Origin: Alloascoidea hylecoeti | Lineage: Eukaryota | Direction: 5' to 3' | DNA length: 64,000 bases | Assembly: GCA_001600815.1 (NCBI GenBank) | Contig: BCKZ01000011.1 | Location: 413,622 to 477,621 of the forward strand | Part shown: piece after piece, positions 36,651 to 50,654 of the stretch | Position numbering within the stretch: position 1 is the first letter of the stretch | Layout of the letters: each line of letters begins with the position of its first letter | The notes under the pieces: generated by a model | Seen by the model: only the letters and a program-made list of their open reading frames with translations | Told to the model about the DNA's origin: nothing | Database searches by the model: none | Made by a program: the position numbers and the translations under genes

Positions 36651-39600
36651 TAGAATCTATATTTACAATATTTAGTTTTTAAAATAAAAATGGTGATTGT
36701 GAGGAATATTTTGCTTTGATGGTTTACTTGTTCTTCACGGACCACGTGCGGATCACGGAATCAATGTGGACCTTATAATTAAGAAATTATTTAGAATCTT
36801 TTCTAGTAATTGGTTATCCTACAGAAAATTTTTTTAACATAGAGCTAATTATTTTCAGTACATATTACATATATAGTACATACCAGATTATGACAAGATC
36901 GCTAACTAATTACTGGAAAGTATTTTAGTTAATTTCCAATGTTGAGGGTCATCAATTATAGAAAATATCGCTAATTAAGACCCAAAATTTTCGCTAATCA
37001 TCTGCGATAGCACTATGAAATCGTATGAATAGTTGGAAAACTTTTAGTTTTTCTTTGTTTTTATTACTTAAAAGTCTTCAGTTTTTGGTTTATAATTAGT
37101 TGTTATCTTTGATACCAACTTGAGAACAGCAATCGGTCCTCAATCACTTAATAATACAATCGTATTTAATTAAAGCATTCAATATAACTTTTACTTCATT
37201 TATAAAATTACACTATAATTATAAGGTGCGCATCACTCAATTTGACTAACTATTTTCCCGCGAAATTTTCATGAATGAATGCATGCAACTGTGCATATTG
37301 ACAAGTCTGGAAGTATCTCAGTTGGACATTAATGCTCCCATCTAGATAAGGTAAGTTGCATTAGTTTGATGAACGTTCTATCAGTAGAAAAAGGAAATTA
37401 GATCTATGTAGAGCAGTAATAGGAAAAGGGTTAAAATGGAGTGAGTCCACTTTCTTCTAGGACCCACACCCTTTTATAGATTATGTAAGATCGTTAATTA
37501 TCGGCCGCACTGGTATGATCTATGGATATGCTGGGATATGTGAGACAATTCGGGAAAATCGATTATGGAGAAGGGCGATAATTAGTAATCAGCGAGGGCT
37601 AAATTAAGTGAAATGACTGGACCTTTGGCATAATATGAAATAGTTGAATAATACGAACACAAACAGATGTAAGAAAAAAAAGAAATATAAAATTTTAGGG
37701 TCAAAAAATTTGACAAAGAGAACAACAATCATTTTGAAATGGCAAGATTTATGTTTTCCATATGCAGATATTTGGTGTTATGGTCACATTTCTCGCAAGG
37801 GATGTTTAAATTTTTTTCCTATTATGAAAGTTAATAAAATTGAGTGACGCATTTCATATAAGATAATATAATATGTAAAGTTGAGGTTTTTTTTCATTTT
37901 AAATTTAAAGTGGGATAAAAACAAAATATATCTGGTTGTTAGAATAGCTTTCGAAAAAAATAAGTTGCTATTTTCAGATTTTGAGAGGAAATATATTCGT
38001 TAGCAACTACCCCAGCATGTGTCTTGAGGCGACTATCAATTACTTTTAGCTATAAATCTACATCAATAACGAAAGACATCATGTGGTGTACAACATCTTG
38101 TAGAAGTATCCCAGCTTCGAATGTTGATACTGTATATTAATCTTTACTGTTATGAAGTTATAATTAAACATCATCATTTTAGAAGGCATAATCATACTTA
38201 TTTTTTTTATCTTTGCTGCACAGTCCACACACTATCAATTGCAATATAACCTACAGCAGTCGCATATGAAATCATGTCAAGCTTGAGAGAATTCAGATTA
38301 GTAAAAGGCCCGCGGCCAGACCTCTTTTCAATGAAAAACTTAATAATATTTCTTCTTAAAATTAACTTACTGTATTTGTAATCCCAATTTTCCATTGAGC
38401 TCATTTCATCGCGAACTTCCGAATGTAACACATGCACAAAAATTGGCCATGATGATCCCTAAGCGTTAAGATTTCAGTTGTTCCAACTTAATCTCCATTT
38501 CCCTCTTTTGACAAATAAAAAATATTATTTTCAAAGACAAAAGTTCAATTTATAATCAGAATTGCATAGAACAGTGAGGAAGGTTCTTCTGTAGCTAGAA
38601 GTTGAAGCCTATGACATCGTAATACTAACTGACAATATAAATATGTCATCGACATCTATATCTACATACGAGCTCAGTATAAGATCCTTGAGCTCAATTG
38701 AAATAGATTAAATTTAAGGCCTAATGTAATTATATAAATATCCATTAATTGTTGTTCTTATAGTAGTTGTAATTAACGTTATAAGATCTTATATATTTTT
38801 TTTGTCAGAATTATACAAAGTAAGACAGTGAATTAATTATCTCGTCTCATATCTCGAGTTTTGAAAACCTAATAATTACAAAGGAATTTAAATTAAAAGT
38901 GAGGTCAATATTAATATAATCCTGATAATGAATTATTATAAAGAGACCTATAACATTATATGTATATTAGCCTTTTGATACCGAATATTAATTTGAATAC
39001 AATTTACAGTACATGATTATAGCTATAGATAATAGGTAATTATAACTTAAATGTCTATGTATGTCAGTGACTCTGGTGCCCTTTCTCAACTATTAAGTTG
39101 TAACTAATTCCCTTTTGCAATCGATGCTACATCTATAGCTATGAATTTAACTTATTGCAATTCTCTCTAGCTAATTATGTTAAAGAAAAAGGGCAATATA
39201 ACGAGTTTGTTAATCCAATTATAAAGTTGTTTATTTATAGGCCTACATTTCAACAGACCCTATATTAATTGATTTTATTTGTAATTCACAACTTTCAGAT
39301 GTATAAAAAGTTCATGTCATCTATAATAGCTTATACATGTATATCGAAATGATATATAGTTGCAGGACGTTCAGAGATATAGAGATGAAAAATATATAAT
39401 AATATGGATTCGAAAACAGCTGTAAAAAGAAAAACACATCAATCTGTTTCGAAAGTCATGTTCCTAGCTATAGAATTCTGTATGAGTAAATATATTAGCA
39501 TATATCTACATCATTATAAGTTATTCGTTTCCGTATCCGTGTTCGCGATGGTAGACATTTTAACTTCGAATTTCAAGTTCAGATTATATTATATTAATCA

Positions 39601-41253
39601 AATTTAAATTTTAAGTCACTTTTTATTCATGATCATAATAATTTATTAATAATATAAGCATATATAAAACTTAAATTCTGATGATTATTTCATTCATTAA
39701 ACATTGCAATTGCTTGAAAATATATTTATAAGTTATCACATATACCAGGTCCAGGTATAAGAAAGATTATTTCAATTTATAATTATAACTGTGGATATCA
39801 TCATGTCTTAAATCTAATTATAATTATAAACTCTGAGTCTCATTAATGTCTCATTTATTAAGCGAAGCTCCATTATTTTTAATTGAAGAACAAAGAATAA
39901 AGAATATAAAATTATATATTTCAAAGATTAAAATCTATCTTTATTTTATAATTGACCTATCAATATTGCTTTACTTGACCAATTACTCGTCTTTTGTAGC
40001 TAGCTAGATATACATAACCTTAAGCATTCTATGAGTTAGATCTTAAATTTATTTTGGTACTAAAAATTAAATTATCCGATATCAACAGGATAATGTCAAT
40101 ATGATTATATATGGCATGGATATACATTAATTTTATGCTCTCAATTGCCATAATTATAACCATTAACTATATTAAAGTTTGGTTTCACTATTAAATATTT
40201 TAACTTACTGAATTTTATAGTAATATTAATATTCATTTTGACATTAATATTATTGAATATCAGGCCTAGTCAATGATTCGTAAATTGGGTATTCAGAATT
40301 ACTTTACCAGGTGACCATTATCAATATTTTATCAATACCCAAAACCTGTTGTTATAATAAATAAGTATAGCGCTATACGTCTAAAATGATGCATATATAT
40401 TTACGATCTCTCAAAATCATTAGTTCATATAAACAAAACTCAATTGAAAGGTTGGACTTATAATTGTGGTTAGAAATTCGAATTGAGTTGAAAGATAGAG
40501 TAATACTATATGCTATAATTAATATATCCTATATATAGCTGAGATATTTCTATATAATTTTATTTTTACTGTGTAGATACTTCTTTACTTTTTACCATAT
40601 CCTTGGAAACTAAATTCAATACATTAATTAATTAATAAATCACCCCATTTTTTCAATTCTTCAAATCTCCTATAAGTTATATATATGGTTTCAATTCTAG
40701 TTCATAGGTAAAGCCTGTCAACTATCAATTGCTAGCATTTTTTCTTCTGTGCCTCACCTGTAAACACTCAGGAATCTAATGAGACACCCAGAAATGACCG
40801 TTCTAGATCTGAAAACTTGAAGCCTAACCTTCAATATATGTGTTTGTCTTAGAGATAACAAGGATTAAACACTTTAATGCAAAAACAAATTATATAATTA
40901 TTAATTTTGGCCATAATTAATATTAGAATTTGTAAGTTTTTCAAATTAATGATGAGATACGTCATCTAGCTTATATACTTATAATATGTAAGTCTATAAT
41001 AATAAGGCTCTATATAACGTATAAACAACTAGCATTAAATCTGCTTCAAATTTCATAAATCACAATCAATAATAATAATATTAACTTCATTATGAACAGG
41101 AATTACTATCGCTGGTACAGGCTGGTACATCTAGTATGGTACTATCATATTGATGTGTAATGATGATACCTATTAACGCTCTATAGCTATGCATATGTTT
41201 ATAATTAGATATGTCATGTCCATCCAAACATTTAAGTTTTAACTATAAGACTT

Positions 41254-41293
41254 ATAACATAAAATATAATATTAATATTATATTTTATGTTAT
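41254..41293. repeat. Perfect 40-bp palindrome
   Basis: ATAACATAAAATATAATATT followed immediately by its reverse complement AATATTATATTTTATGTTAT. Confidence 0.92.
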
Positions 41294-42188
41294 GCAAATA
41301 ATTCTTACAATTGTCTCACACAGAAACTATTTTTATATTTTATATTTTCAATTATAATTATAAGCCATTTGAATACAATGATCTATTTATATACATATGG
41401 TAATCATTTTAGGTGTCATCATACATGCATTGAAGTTGACTTGAAATTATCATAAAATGTTTAAAGAGAAAATTTAAAGTTAAAAAAATAATTCAGAGTT
41501 AAACACACTTTTCACCGTATGTGATTAATATTTCCTCAGTTAAATTAAATATAATGAGAGGTTTTTATTAGAAAATAACTTATATGAAAGGTTAAAAAAA
41601 ATGAATGATAAATAAATTCTTGTTATACTATACTTTAATAAAAAATATTTCATTAGTAGCGTTATATAATAAACTTATATAACGGCAGCGATAAATACAA
41701 TTGTCTATAGCTAATATCTAGGCCTATAGACTATGTCACTATAGTGAATTGAAGCTTCGAATTCAATTAGTTAGTTATAATCCTTCCAGATCCATATTCG
41801 CCGGCGCCCTCGGGTTAGTAAGCTGGAGAATTCATATGGTACGGGTTATAAACTAGCTGCAGTCTATAACTTATAAGTATAGCATGTGTATATATATTTA
41901 TGTCTCTATAGCTATTACTCTCTAATACTATATATTGAATATATTTTAAACTAAAAAAAAAGTTATAATTCAAGATAATAGTATTTAGATAGAATATATC
42001 CGATCGATAATTTTATGAATAATTATTTTTAGATCTAAAATTGGAAGAACTCGAGCCGAAGCGATTACAGAGAAAATATCCCACTAAACCAGCGGTTAAT
42101 CCCGTTTTAAGATATTCATATTTAAAAGAGATTCCATAATCATAGGTATAATAGGTGATGTCCATATAACCGATTTATGATTAATATA

Positions 42189-42403
42189 CAGTTGTTCCAC
42201 TTAATTTAGGCCATATTTTTAAGTAAATATTCGGCTACCTTTTGATGAATAATTATCACCCAATTACATTTTCTATACTATAGCTAAAAATTTCATATTT
42301 ATTATGGAAAAAATAATTGATGTAGATGTAGCTGACAATTATTCATCAAAAAGGAATACGAATTTTTACTTAAAAATGTGGCCTAAATTAAGTGGAAATA
42401 CTA
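42189..42403. mobile_element. MITE-like element, ~215 bp with ~65-bp imperfect terminal inverted repeats (Tc1/mariner-type end)
   Basis: TTCCACTTAATTTAGGCCATATTTTTAAGTAAA..TTTTGATGAATAATT at 42195 is mirrored by ..TTTACTTAAAAATGTGGCCTAAATTAAGTGGAA ending at 42397. The left end reads TA|CAGT. Confidence 0.65.
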
Positions 42404-44139
42404 GTGTAAAATTCCATAAGGCTCATCTCGTGATCGAGTTCAGCTGCAGCTCATTGATCTATACAATTTCTGCTACTAGATGAATTGTGTACCCTATAGC
42501 TATTCCAACTTTGTCAAGCCATTTTTAAGCGTCAGTGTTGCGTCACTCAAATCAGTTATTCAATTTAATCCACAGCACTGGAAATCAACGACAATTATAT
42601 GCAGATACCAATAGAAAATGAAACTGAAATTTGATTGAACAAAATAAACTGTATAAGAACTGGCCGGTGAACATGGTCATGATGGTTTGCAATTAATATG
42701 AAACATCATATGATAACAAAAAATTTAGCTAATTTTTATAGATAATAATGTCATCTGCAACATTATCAACTTATTAGAATTACAATTACAATAATATATT
42801 TTAAAAACAGCTGTTAATATTGAGGTTGAAATAAGCCGCGACCGGAAAAGATCAGGTGAAGCTTAGACTCAATTACGGATGGCTAAAGTTGGTGGGGATT
42901 ACATTGTATTTGATTTTATAAGTTTCAAATTTTTGAATATTTCAATCTGACCGTTTACTATACTTATGACTAACCGAAGCCAGTAACTAGCTAATAACTG
43001 AAAACTTCTAGAATATCAGTTGAATTTTCTAGAAGCTTAAGACGACCAAAATCATTCCCAAGACCTAATGCACTTCTAATAATATATTATTGGAGGCTTA
43101 AAATTTGTGAATTACAGTGAACAGTGAACACAGACACACCACTTTTTGTAATTACGAGGATGTCTGGAAGATGTAGTATGTACTGTTCAGCGAACTAAGG
43201 TGCCACACTACTAGTTCTGGGGCTAGTCCTGACTCCTGAGGCATTATCAGATATATAGCTGTTACTAGCTTATTAGTGTCATTGGACACTAGAAATGAAC
43301 TTTACAGTGAATGATGAGTCTGTCACAGGCGTGGGTGTAAATTAAATATTAAGAGAGATAACAGAATATTTTCTGTACGGCAAATAAACATTACGAGACT
43401 TGCTTAACTCAAATTCCCACATTTTCATATGCAGGTACCACTAATAAGGTATATGTATACCATAGATTATACATAAATAATACCATCGTCTGGTGTCTTG
43501 CAGATGTAAATTTCTTCTTCTCGTATACGTGATTATATAATTATATAACCACATTGGCTAAAAGTTTGAACTAGAACCAGCAATTGCAATATCGGGTTTT
43601 ATGATTATGTACTATGTAAAAATGAAATTACAACACTACTAGTAACAATGCTTGGATATCTTTTCAAATATTAAGCTTGTCAATTTCAAACATTTCCGCT
43701 ACAAATCAATTGCATTAGCAATCTATTATGATAATCTTGCACAAGACTGTTAGATATTCACTAAAGAATGGTTAATTAAAGTTATACCCTATTTACGTTC
43801 ATGGAAACTTTGCAACCATATATCAAAAGTATATCTAACAATAAATTCATTATATCTATTCGAAATCAATTATAGCAACATAATGTTCATCATAAACTTT
43901 TTTTATCGTGTGATATTAATATTATAATGAACGTAGTAAAAATAGACTTTATATCTAAATTAAAGTTAATCACATTTAAAACAAGAACAAAATTGTAGAA
44001 TAACAAAAACAAAATCGCCCTTTTAACCAAATTTAAAGATGTACAATAAGAAGAAAATAAATCACAAGTTTAAATAAAAATATTCAAAAAAATAAAAAAA
44101 ACAAAAACCTCCAAAAATCTCCTTGATAAAAGAAAAAAG

Positions 44140-45768
44140 TCATTGCCTACCATTATAGCCGTTAATAGTATGAGACGATGGAACCAAATGCTGCATCTGT
44201 GGTAGAGAATCCCTTTGATTATATCCTTTATGATATTCTGGCATCACTGATTGATGATGATAGTGGGATTGGGTTATAGATTGTTTTTGATACCCACCCA
44301 TATTAGATATTGAAGAATGATGAGATAAATGTGGATAAGACTGTTGTACCAACTTAACCTGAGGTTCAGGTCGATAATCATAGCCATATTGATAAGGTGG
44401 TTGCTGCTGCTGTGGAGAGTAATAAGTTTGTGAGCATGTTTGATCCTGTGTAGGGCTCTTATATTGATTAGACAACATCATACCATGACCAGAGTTATTT
44501 AAATTTGCCAAACTACTATAATCTCCACTGTATCTGCTGATCACTTTCTTTAAAGCATCAGCAAGTTTATGCCATAAGAATACCTTAACATCTTTTTCAA
44601 TATTTCTTGGTTTTGGTGTTCCAAATCCCATAATTAATCTGAAAAAGCCTCTTGCTTGAGCTTTTGAAACTGTTAATGGTTTAAAGCCTTGTAGATTACG
44701 ACGAATTCTATTCTTTTCTTCAACAGAAAACTTAGAGTCGATGAGTTTTTCAAGTAAATGGATAGTATCAACTGATGTAACATAGAATTGACTTAACTCT
44801 TCCCAATAAATACAACTGATGCATGTCATACTAGAATCGTATTCATCAACATCAATAGGCTCAAAACTAACTCTGATAGCTGTACCCACTTGCATTCTAT
44901 TAAATCGAACTATTCTTCTCTTCTGATGAATTTCTTTTGGTGTCCAATTAGAAGTCATAATATCCAAATCTCCAAAAATTTCCAATTTTGCTCCTTGGCT
45001 TGCAAGATATACTGGAACTCTAGGTGAGTCGTTTCCCATATTACCTGTCATACGGGTTAAATCATCAAACTCTTCTTCCTGCCGACGTTCTAAAGCGACC
45101 GTTCTAACTAGTGGAGGAGAAAATGTTGTATGTGCAGATGCCGATGTAGCAGGTGGAGGCATAGATATTGGTGTAGCAACCTGAACATCATTCTGAACAT
45201 GATGATGGTGATGATGATTATAATTAGTAACCGCAGGCTGGTGTTGTTGTGAAACTAATTGAGGTAATACAGGAAGTTTAATTGATTGATTAGGCGTAGC
45301 TTGCGTTTGAATAATAGATTTTGCATTATTTGCTTTTGCAAATGGCTCTGAATGACTTCTTATTGGATCATACATTCTATAGCTAGAACTTAAATAAGGG
45401 TTAGTATATTTCAAACAGATAAAGAAACAATGCTATGCATACTTTGTGAGATTTTGGGATGGTAATTGACCAGCACTCTGTGACCTATTTGAAGGTTTCT
45501 TAATGCCACCACTAGTATTAGATAAACTAGAAGATAATTCACTCAAAGGAGGTATTCTTGGTGTTGAACTTTTTGATGGACGATCAAGACTTAAACCAGT
45601 CAATGATGAAACAGAAGGTAGTTTCACACCTTTATTATTATTATTATTATTATTGGATCCATAATTGTGATATCCACTAGGAACCGAAATTGATGTTGAA
45701 AGTTTAGTTAAAGGATCTAAACTTTGTAACTGATTGTTGAAATGTGTGTTATTATATGGGTGGCTCAT
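44140..45768 (-). CDS. medA: MedA/Medusa (ACON-3/Ren1-like) developmental regulator, 2 coding exons (45768-45443, ~45382-44140), ~522 aa
   Basis: Core domain GDLDIMTSNWT..RRIVRF..CISCIYW..VTSVDTIHLLE..FSVEEKNRIRRNLQGFKPLTVSK..PKPRNIEKDVKVF. An intron with GTATGC donor (45442) and TACTAAC (45406-45400) joins the two ORF-track ORFs in phase. Confidence 0.85.
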
Positions 45769-48700
45769 GATAAGAATAAATTAATTATTCTGCTATTTGT
45801 TAGTACACGAGATAAAATCAATATGTAAGGAACAGACGAAGTGATATACATGCAGTGAAACAAAAAAATGAGTACAGAGATAATAACAAAAATGATACAG
45901 TTTTAAAGAGTAAATGTCAAAACTTTTCAAGCGGATTTTTAAAACCAAATTATTTACTTTTCAGTCTTATTTTTAAGGATAATTTTTAAATGAGCAAGTT
46001 CAATTCCAGTAAATAGAAGAATAATAGTTGACCAAGTATTGAAGTATAGTATAATTATTTGTGGTTGTGTAAATTTATTATAATTATAGTCAAAAATTCG
46101 TAATTGATTTCTAGAAGTAAATAGTCAAAACGCAAATCAAGGATATATGAAATTCTGTCAACAATTCGAAAATATAAATAGATAATCCCTTTTTTAAAAA
46201 GAAATTTTTGAGAGGAAATAATAGTCCCTATTTATTAAAAATATAAAGGGGAAACAAAAACACACTCCAGTTGATAATGAGGACAAAATTTATAGTTTAA
46301 ACTTTGGCTAATTTATTTTTTTATTTGTGTGTGGCATATTGACTCAGTTGTTTTATAAAGCAAGTAATTTCATTCAAATGTGATAAACGACATAAAAAGA
46401 AAAGTTTAAAAAACCGTATGACCAGATAAAATCTTAAGAAATGTCGAGCTATATTTTCTATTGGCATTTAGTTGAAGCACCTTAATGTTTCATTCGGGAA
46501 GAGCAAAATGCAGACAGTCACATGCAGTGCAGGAACATTGAAAATCAAAGTTATGACAAATCAGTATGTATAAAAAATAAAATCCAAAGAAATCTCAGAG
46601 GTTAATGTTAATCCTTTGATTGGATTGGTGCCAACAGATATTTTCCAGTAAATTTGCAGAAGAATAAAGATTTAAAACATTATTCATAAATATCCAAGAC
46701 CCGACTATAACCCAGATCAAGTTTATGTTGTTCCGAAAAAACTGTTGAATTTTAATTAAACCAGGTATAACCTGAAATTCGTAGCAACCAATTGTATTCT
46801 GAAAAGAGAATTAGATATATAAATTAAGCTTATATGTTTGCAGTATAAAAATATGGTGACGCATTAAATGCAATTAAGAGTAGATTTTCATTATATAAAT
46901 GACCATCCAAGAACCAAAATGTTTAAATTAACGTTGACAAGATGATTCACCACGACATGTTAAATAGTTGCTGGAACTTGCTGGTAATAATTAAGTTCAA
47001 GGTCCAAATCCACAAGTAAGTTATAGCTAGCTGATCACAAGAGGGTGTCTCAAAAATAGCAGTTAATCCACCTAAAGTTAGGAAAGATGAAATTAAATGA
47101 CTTTCAGTTTTTGGGGATGACATATAGTATAAAGTTATACTTTCTCAAAGCAAATGTTACCAACATATAAGATATATTAATAAGAACTTATCATAATGAC
47201 GCTGAATCCCTCTCTTAATTGTGTTCCTGAAAGAATAGACGATGTCTAATCAACATATGTACCAAAATAAATAAGGTTAGCATAAACATTCACGATGATA
47301 ACGAATATGGAACATTTTGCATCAACATTCAGGAACATTTTGCATGAACATTAAGGATAACCATGTGTGTGTAACTATTCATTAGAACATTTGATATAGA
47401 TTAACTACACGGTTGCATTGATTTCAACGGTGAGAATAAGTTTAAAGAGTTTGCTTAATCATTTGAGTGAATCGAGATTATAAATTTTGTAAAACAATTT
47501 TGACATTGGTAAATGAACATTGGTTGGTGTCATTTATCAGGTACGACGTTATCACTTATAATTGAGTTTGACTAAACCTCTTTTGGTCGAAACCATGAAA
47601 GGAAAATAGAGTGTTTGTAAACTCGAACATATACAAATAAAATAATAGAATAGAATAGAATACATCACAATAAAATATAGTCAAAGAATTGAAGGCCAAA
47701 TATATATTTGGCAAATATTAATAAAAATTTAAAGGCATAGGAAGAATATTGCAAAAGAATAAAAGGTAAATGGTACTTACATTGTTTTAAATAGAAGGAA
47801 TTATAAACACTGATCAATATCAATGTGTAGTAAAGTAAATACAAGAAGAAAATCTAAGACCAAGAGGAAAGGAGCAGACTAGAGACATTTATACCTCAGA
47901 CTCATAGTTGGGTATCAATACATATAATTATTATGTTAATCAGTGGGTTACAGCATCAATTTAGATTCGTAAACCCCAATGACAGCGAATGATTTTAATA
48001 TGAAGAGTGATAGAAAATTCAAAGGTGTTTGCTTTAAATAAAATAATATTATATTATTATATCGATTGAGGTTGATGTCTTACATATTATTATATTTTAT
48101 TTTATTACCATGATAACAGGAATAATATAAAAAGGGTGTGCGTATTGTTTCAGACTGCATGCATTTTGCATTTGAAGTTATGTTTCCATTTCTTGTGTCA
48201 CCTTTCTTTAACATCGACAGCGGATTCAGATCATGAGGTTTAAAGGTTCGTTCGTTCTAGATGTTCAAATTGATCCGCTTCTTCTTAAAATACCAATATC
48301 TAAAATATGATCATGACGTTTTAAGGAACATAGAAAGTTTACATGCCTATAGACAGCAGAAGTGAGTCAGGCACGCATCTAACCAAGATTCAAATTCTAT
48401 TAATAATATTGAAAACGAGAAGGTGGTTTTGCATAATATCCATATTAAAAATAAGTCCAAAATAATTGAGAATATTTATTATTCATTTTTCGTCTTGCTG
48501 TCCGAAAACGGTGGTGTCATTTGCTACAAGTTTTCATATTATTCAAATTGCGTATCTCCCGAGGAGTTCTGGAAGGTTTTTCATTTTATTCTATAAATTA
48601 TAGCTAGTAACAAATACATTCCATTCCATTCCGTTTTGACCTTACTTTGCTTTAGTTTGTGTCCGCCGCCGCTGTCGCTCGTTTTGTTCGTTGGTTCGAC

Positions 48701-49325
48701 CGTTCGTATAAATATTAATATTATTACATCTACTCATGATTCATGATTCGTATACAAAAACCGCCCTGATTCAATAATATTTTTCACTTTTTAATGAAAT
48801 AAAAAACTAAAGTTTGAGGATTGCATTTTTCCCTCCTAAAGAACCAATAATTTTAAAGTGCACCTTACAGTTTCGATAATGTAAAATGATTCGGATCAAT
48901 GAAAACTTATTATTCAGATTAATGAATCTGGAAATCAGATGATATTCCTATCTATGTCCATATTTCATATATGTCTATGCTTTCCTCATTTTATAGTTAA
49001 TATCGTTTCATGTTCACTAAAATTCTTGAGATCATGTCTTTAGTTTTGGGGACTTTTATTTTATTGTATTTTATTTTAATCATAATTAAATAATTAGTTT
49101 TGCAATGGAGCTCTTCCTTTAATTTTCAAATTTAGAGCGATATCGATTGAGCAGTGTTAAGTTGTTAAATGTTGACTGTCAACAGCAATTGTAAAATATA
49201 CATCCGTACACTTGTTTACCGCCGCAATGAAAAGTTATTCACTCTGAAACATTTTTCTTTTTCTCTTTATTTCTTTTTTTATTTTATCTTAATGGAATTA
49301 AGCCGGATATAATTCATATATCAAA

Positions 49326-50654
49326 ATGACGAATAAACGGAAACACCAAACTCATGATAAAAGTCGGAAGCAAACTCCAGGATCACCCGGTTTAGCAACA
49401 GTTTCTGTTGGGAAGGATCTAAAGCAAAATGAAATTAGTAAAACTACAAACCCAACACCTATCAATAAAGGCGTTATAAATGAAAAAGAGAAGAAACGAG
49501 GAGCATTCATAACGAGAACAATATGGACATTGGCCATGATTTCTGGATTCATTATCATATTAGGTGCTGGTCATTTATGGGTTATTGCATTGGTGCTATT
49601 AGTTGAATGCTTGTCATTTAAGGAAGTCATCAATTTATCAGGTCGACCTAAAAAAACCGATAAGATGCCAATTAATAGATCTTTAAGTTGGTTCTTTTTA
49701 GTAACCACCATATTTTATCTATATGGTAGAAATTTTATATTTTATTTTAAAAATATTATTCATGCTGATAAATTATTATATTCATTTGCAACCTATCATC
49801 GATTTATATCATTCAGCTTATATATTTTTGGTTTTGTTTTTTTCGTTAGATCATTGGAAAAGGGAAATTATAAATTTCAATTTAAACAGTTCTGTATTAC
49901 GTTAATGGCATTATTATTGATTGTTTGTCAAGCTCATTTGGTTGTTAATAATATCTTGTCTGGTTTGTTTTGGTTTTTACTACCTGCTGCTTTAGTTATA
50001 ACAAATGATATTTTTGCTTATTTATGTGGTATAACGTTTGGTAGAACACCGTTGATTTCAATATCCCCAAAGAAAACAATGGAAGGCTTTATTGGTGCTT
50101 GGATTTGTACAGCAATTTTTTCAATCTTATTGTGTCGGATTCTAATTAATTGGTCTTATGTTACTTGTCCTGTTATTGAATTTAGTGCTCATTTCTTATC
50201 AAAACATCATCAATTAATGTGTGAACCAAATCCTGTTTTCATACCAACAACTTATTCATTTGAGGATTATATTTTTGATATTCAACCAATTTATTTTCAT
50301 ACATTAGTTTTGGCAACTTTTGCTTCATTGATTGCTCCATTTGGTGGCTTCTTTGCAAGTGGTTTAAAAAGAACGTTTGAAGTTAAAGATTTTGGTGATA
50401 CAATTCCTGGTCATGGAGGCATAACAGATAGAATGGATTGTCAATTTATAATGGGTTCATTTACTTATTTATATTATAGTACTTTTATTGCAACTAACCA
50501 AATATCAACGGTTGGATCGATAATGTCTATAGTTTTGTCAAATTTAACTCCTAATCAACAGGCTCAATTGGTTGAAGCATTAGCAAGATATTTACATGGA
50601 AATGGCGAAATTAGTGATGATACATTTCAATGTATATATTCAAAGGTTTCTTAG
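49326..50654 (+). CDS. CDS1: Phosphatidate cytidylyltransferase (CDP-diacylglycerol synthase), 442 aa
   Basis: NDIFAYLCGITFGRTPLISISPKKTMEGFIG and SGLKRTFEVKDFGDTIPGHGGITDRMDCQF signatures. Confidence 0.96.
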   Translation: MTNKRKHQTHDKSRKQTPGSPGLATVSVGKDLKQNEISKTTNPTPINKGVINEKEKKRGAFITRTIWTLAMISGFIIILGAGHLWVIALVLLVECLSFKEVINLSGRPKKTDKMPINRSLSWFFLVTTIFYLYGRNFIFYFKNIIHADKLLYSFATYHRFISFSLYIFGFVFFVRSLEKGNYKFQFKQFCITLMALLLIVCQAHLVVNNILSGLFWFLLPAALVITNDIFAYLCGITFGRTPLISISPKKTMEGFIGAWICTAIFSILLCRILINWSYVTCPVIEFSAHFLSKHHQLMCEPNPVFIPTTYSFEDYIFDIQPIYFHTLVLATFASLIAPFGGFFASGLKRTFEVKDFGDTIPGHGGITDRMDCQFIMGSFTYLYYSTFIATNQISTVGSIMSIVLSNLTPNQQAQLVEALARYLHGNGEISDDTFQCIYSKVS

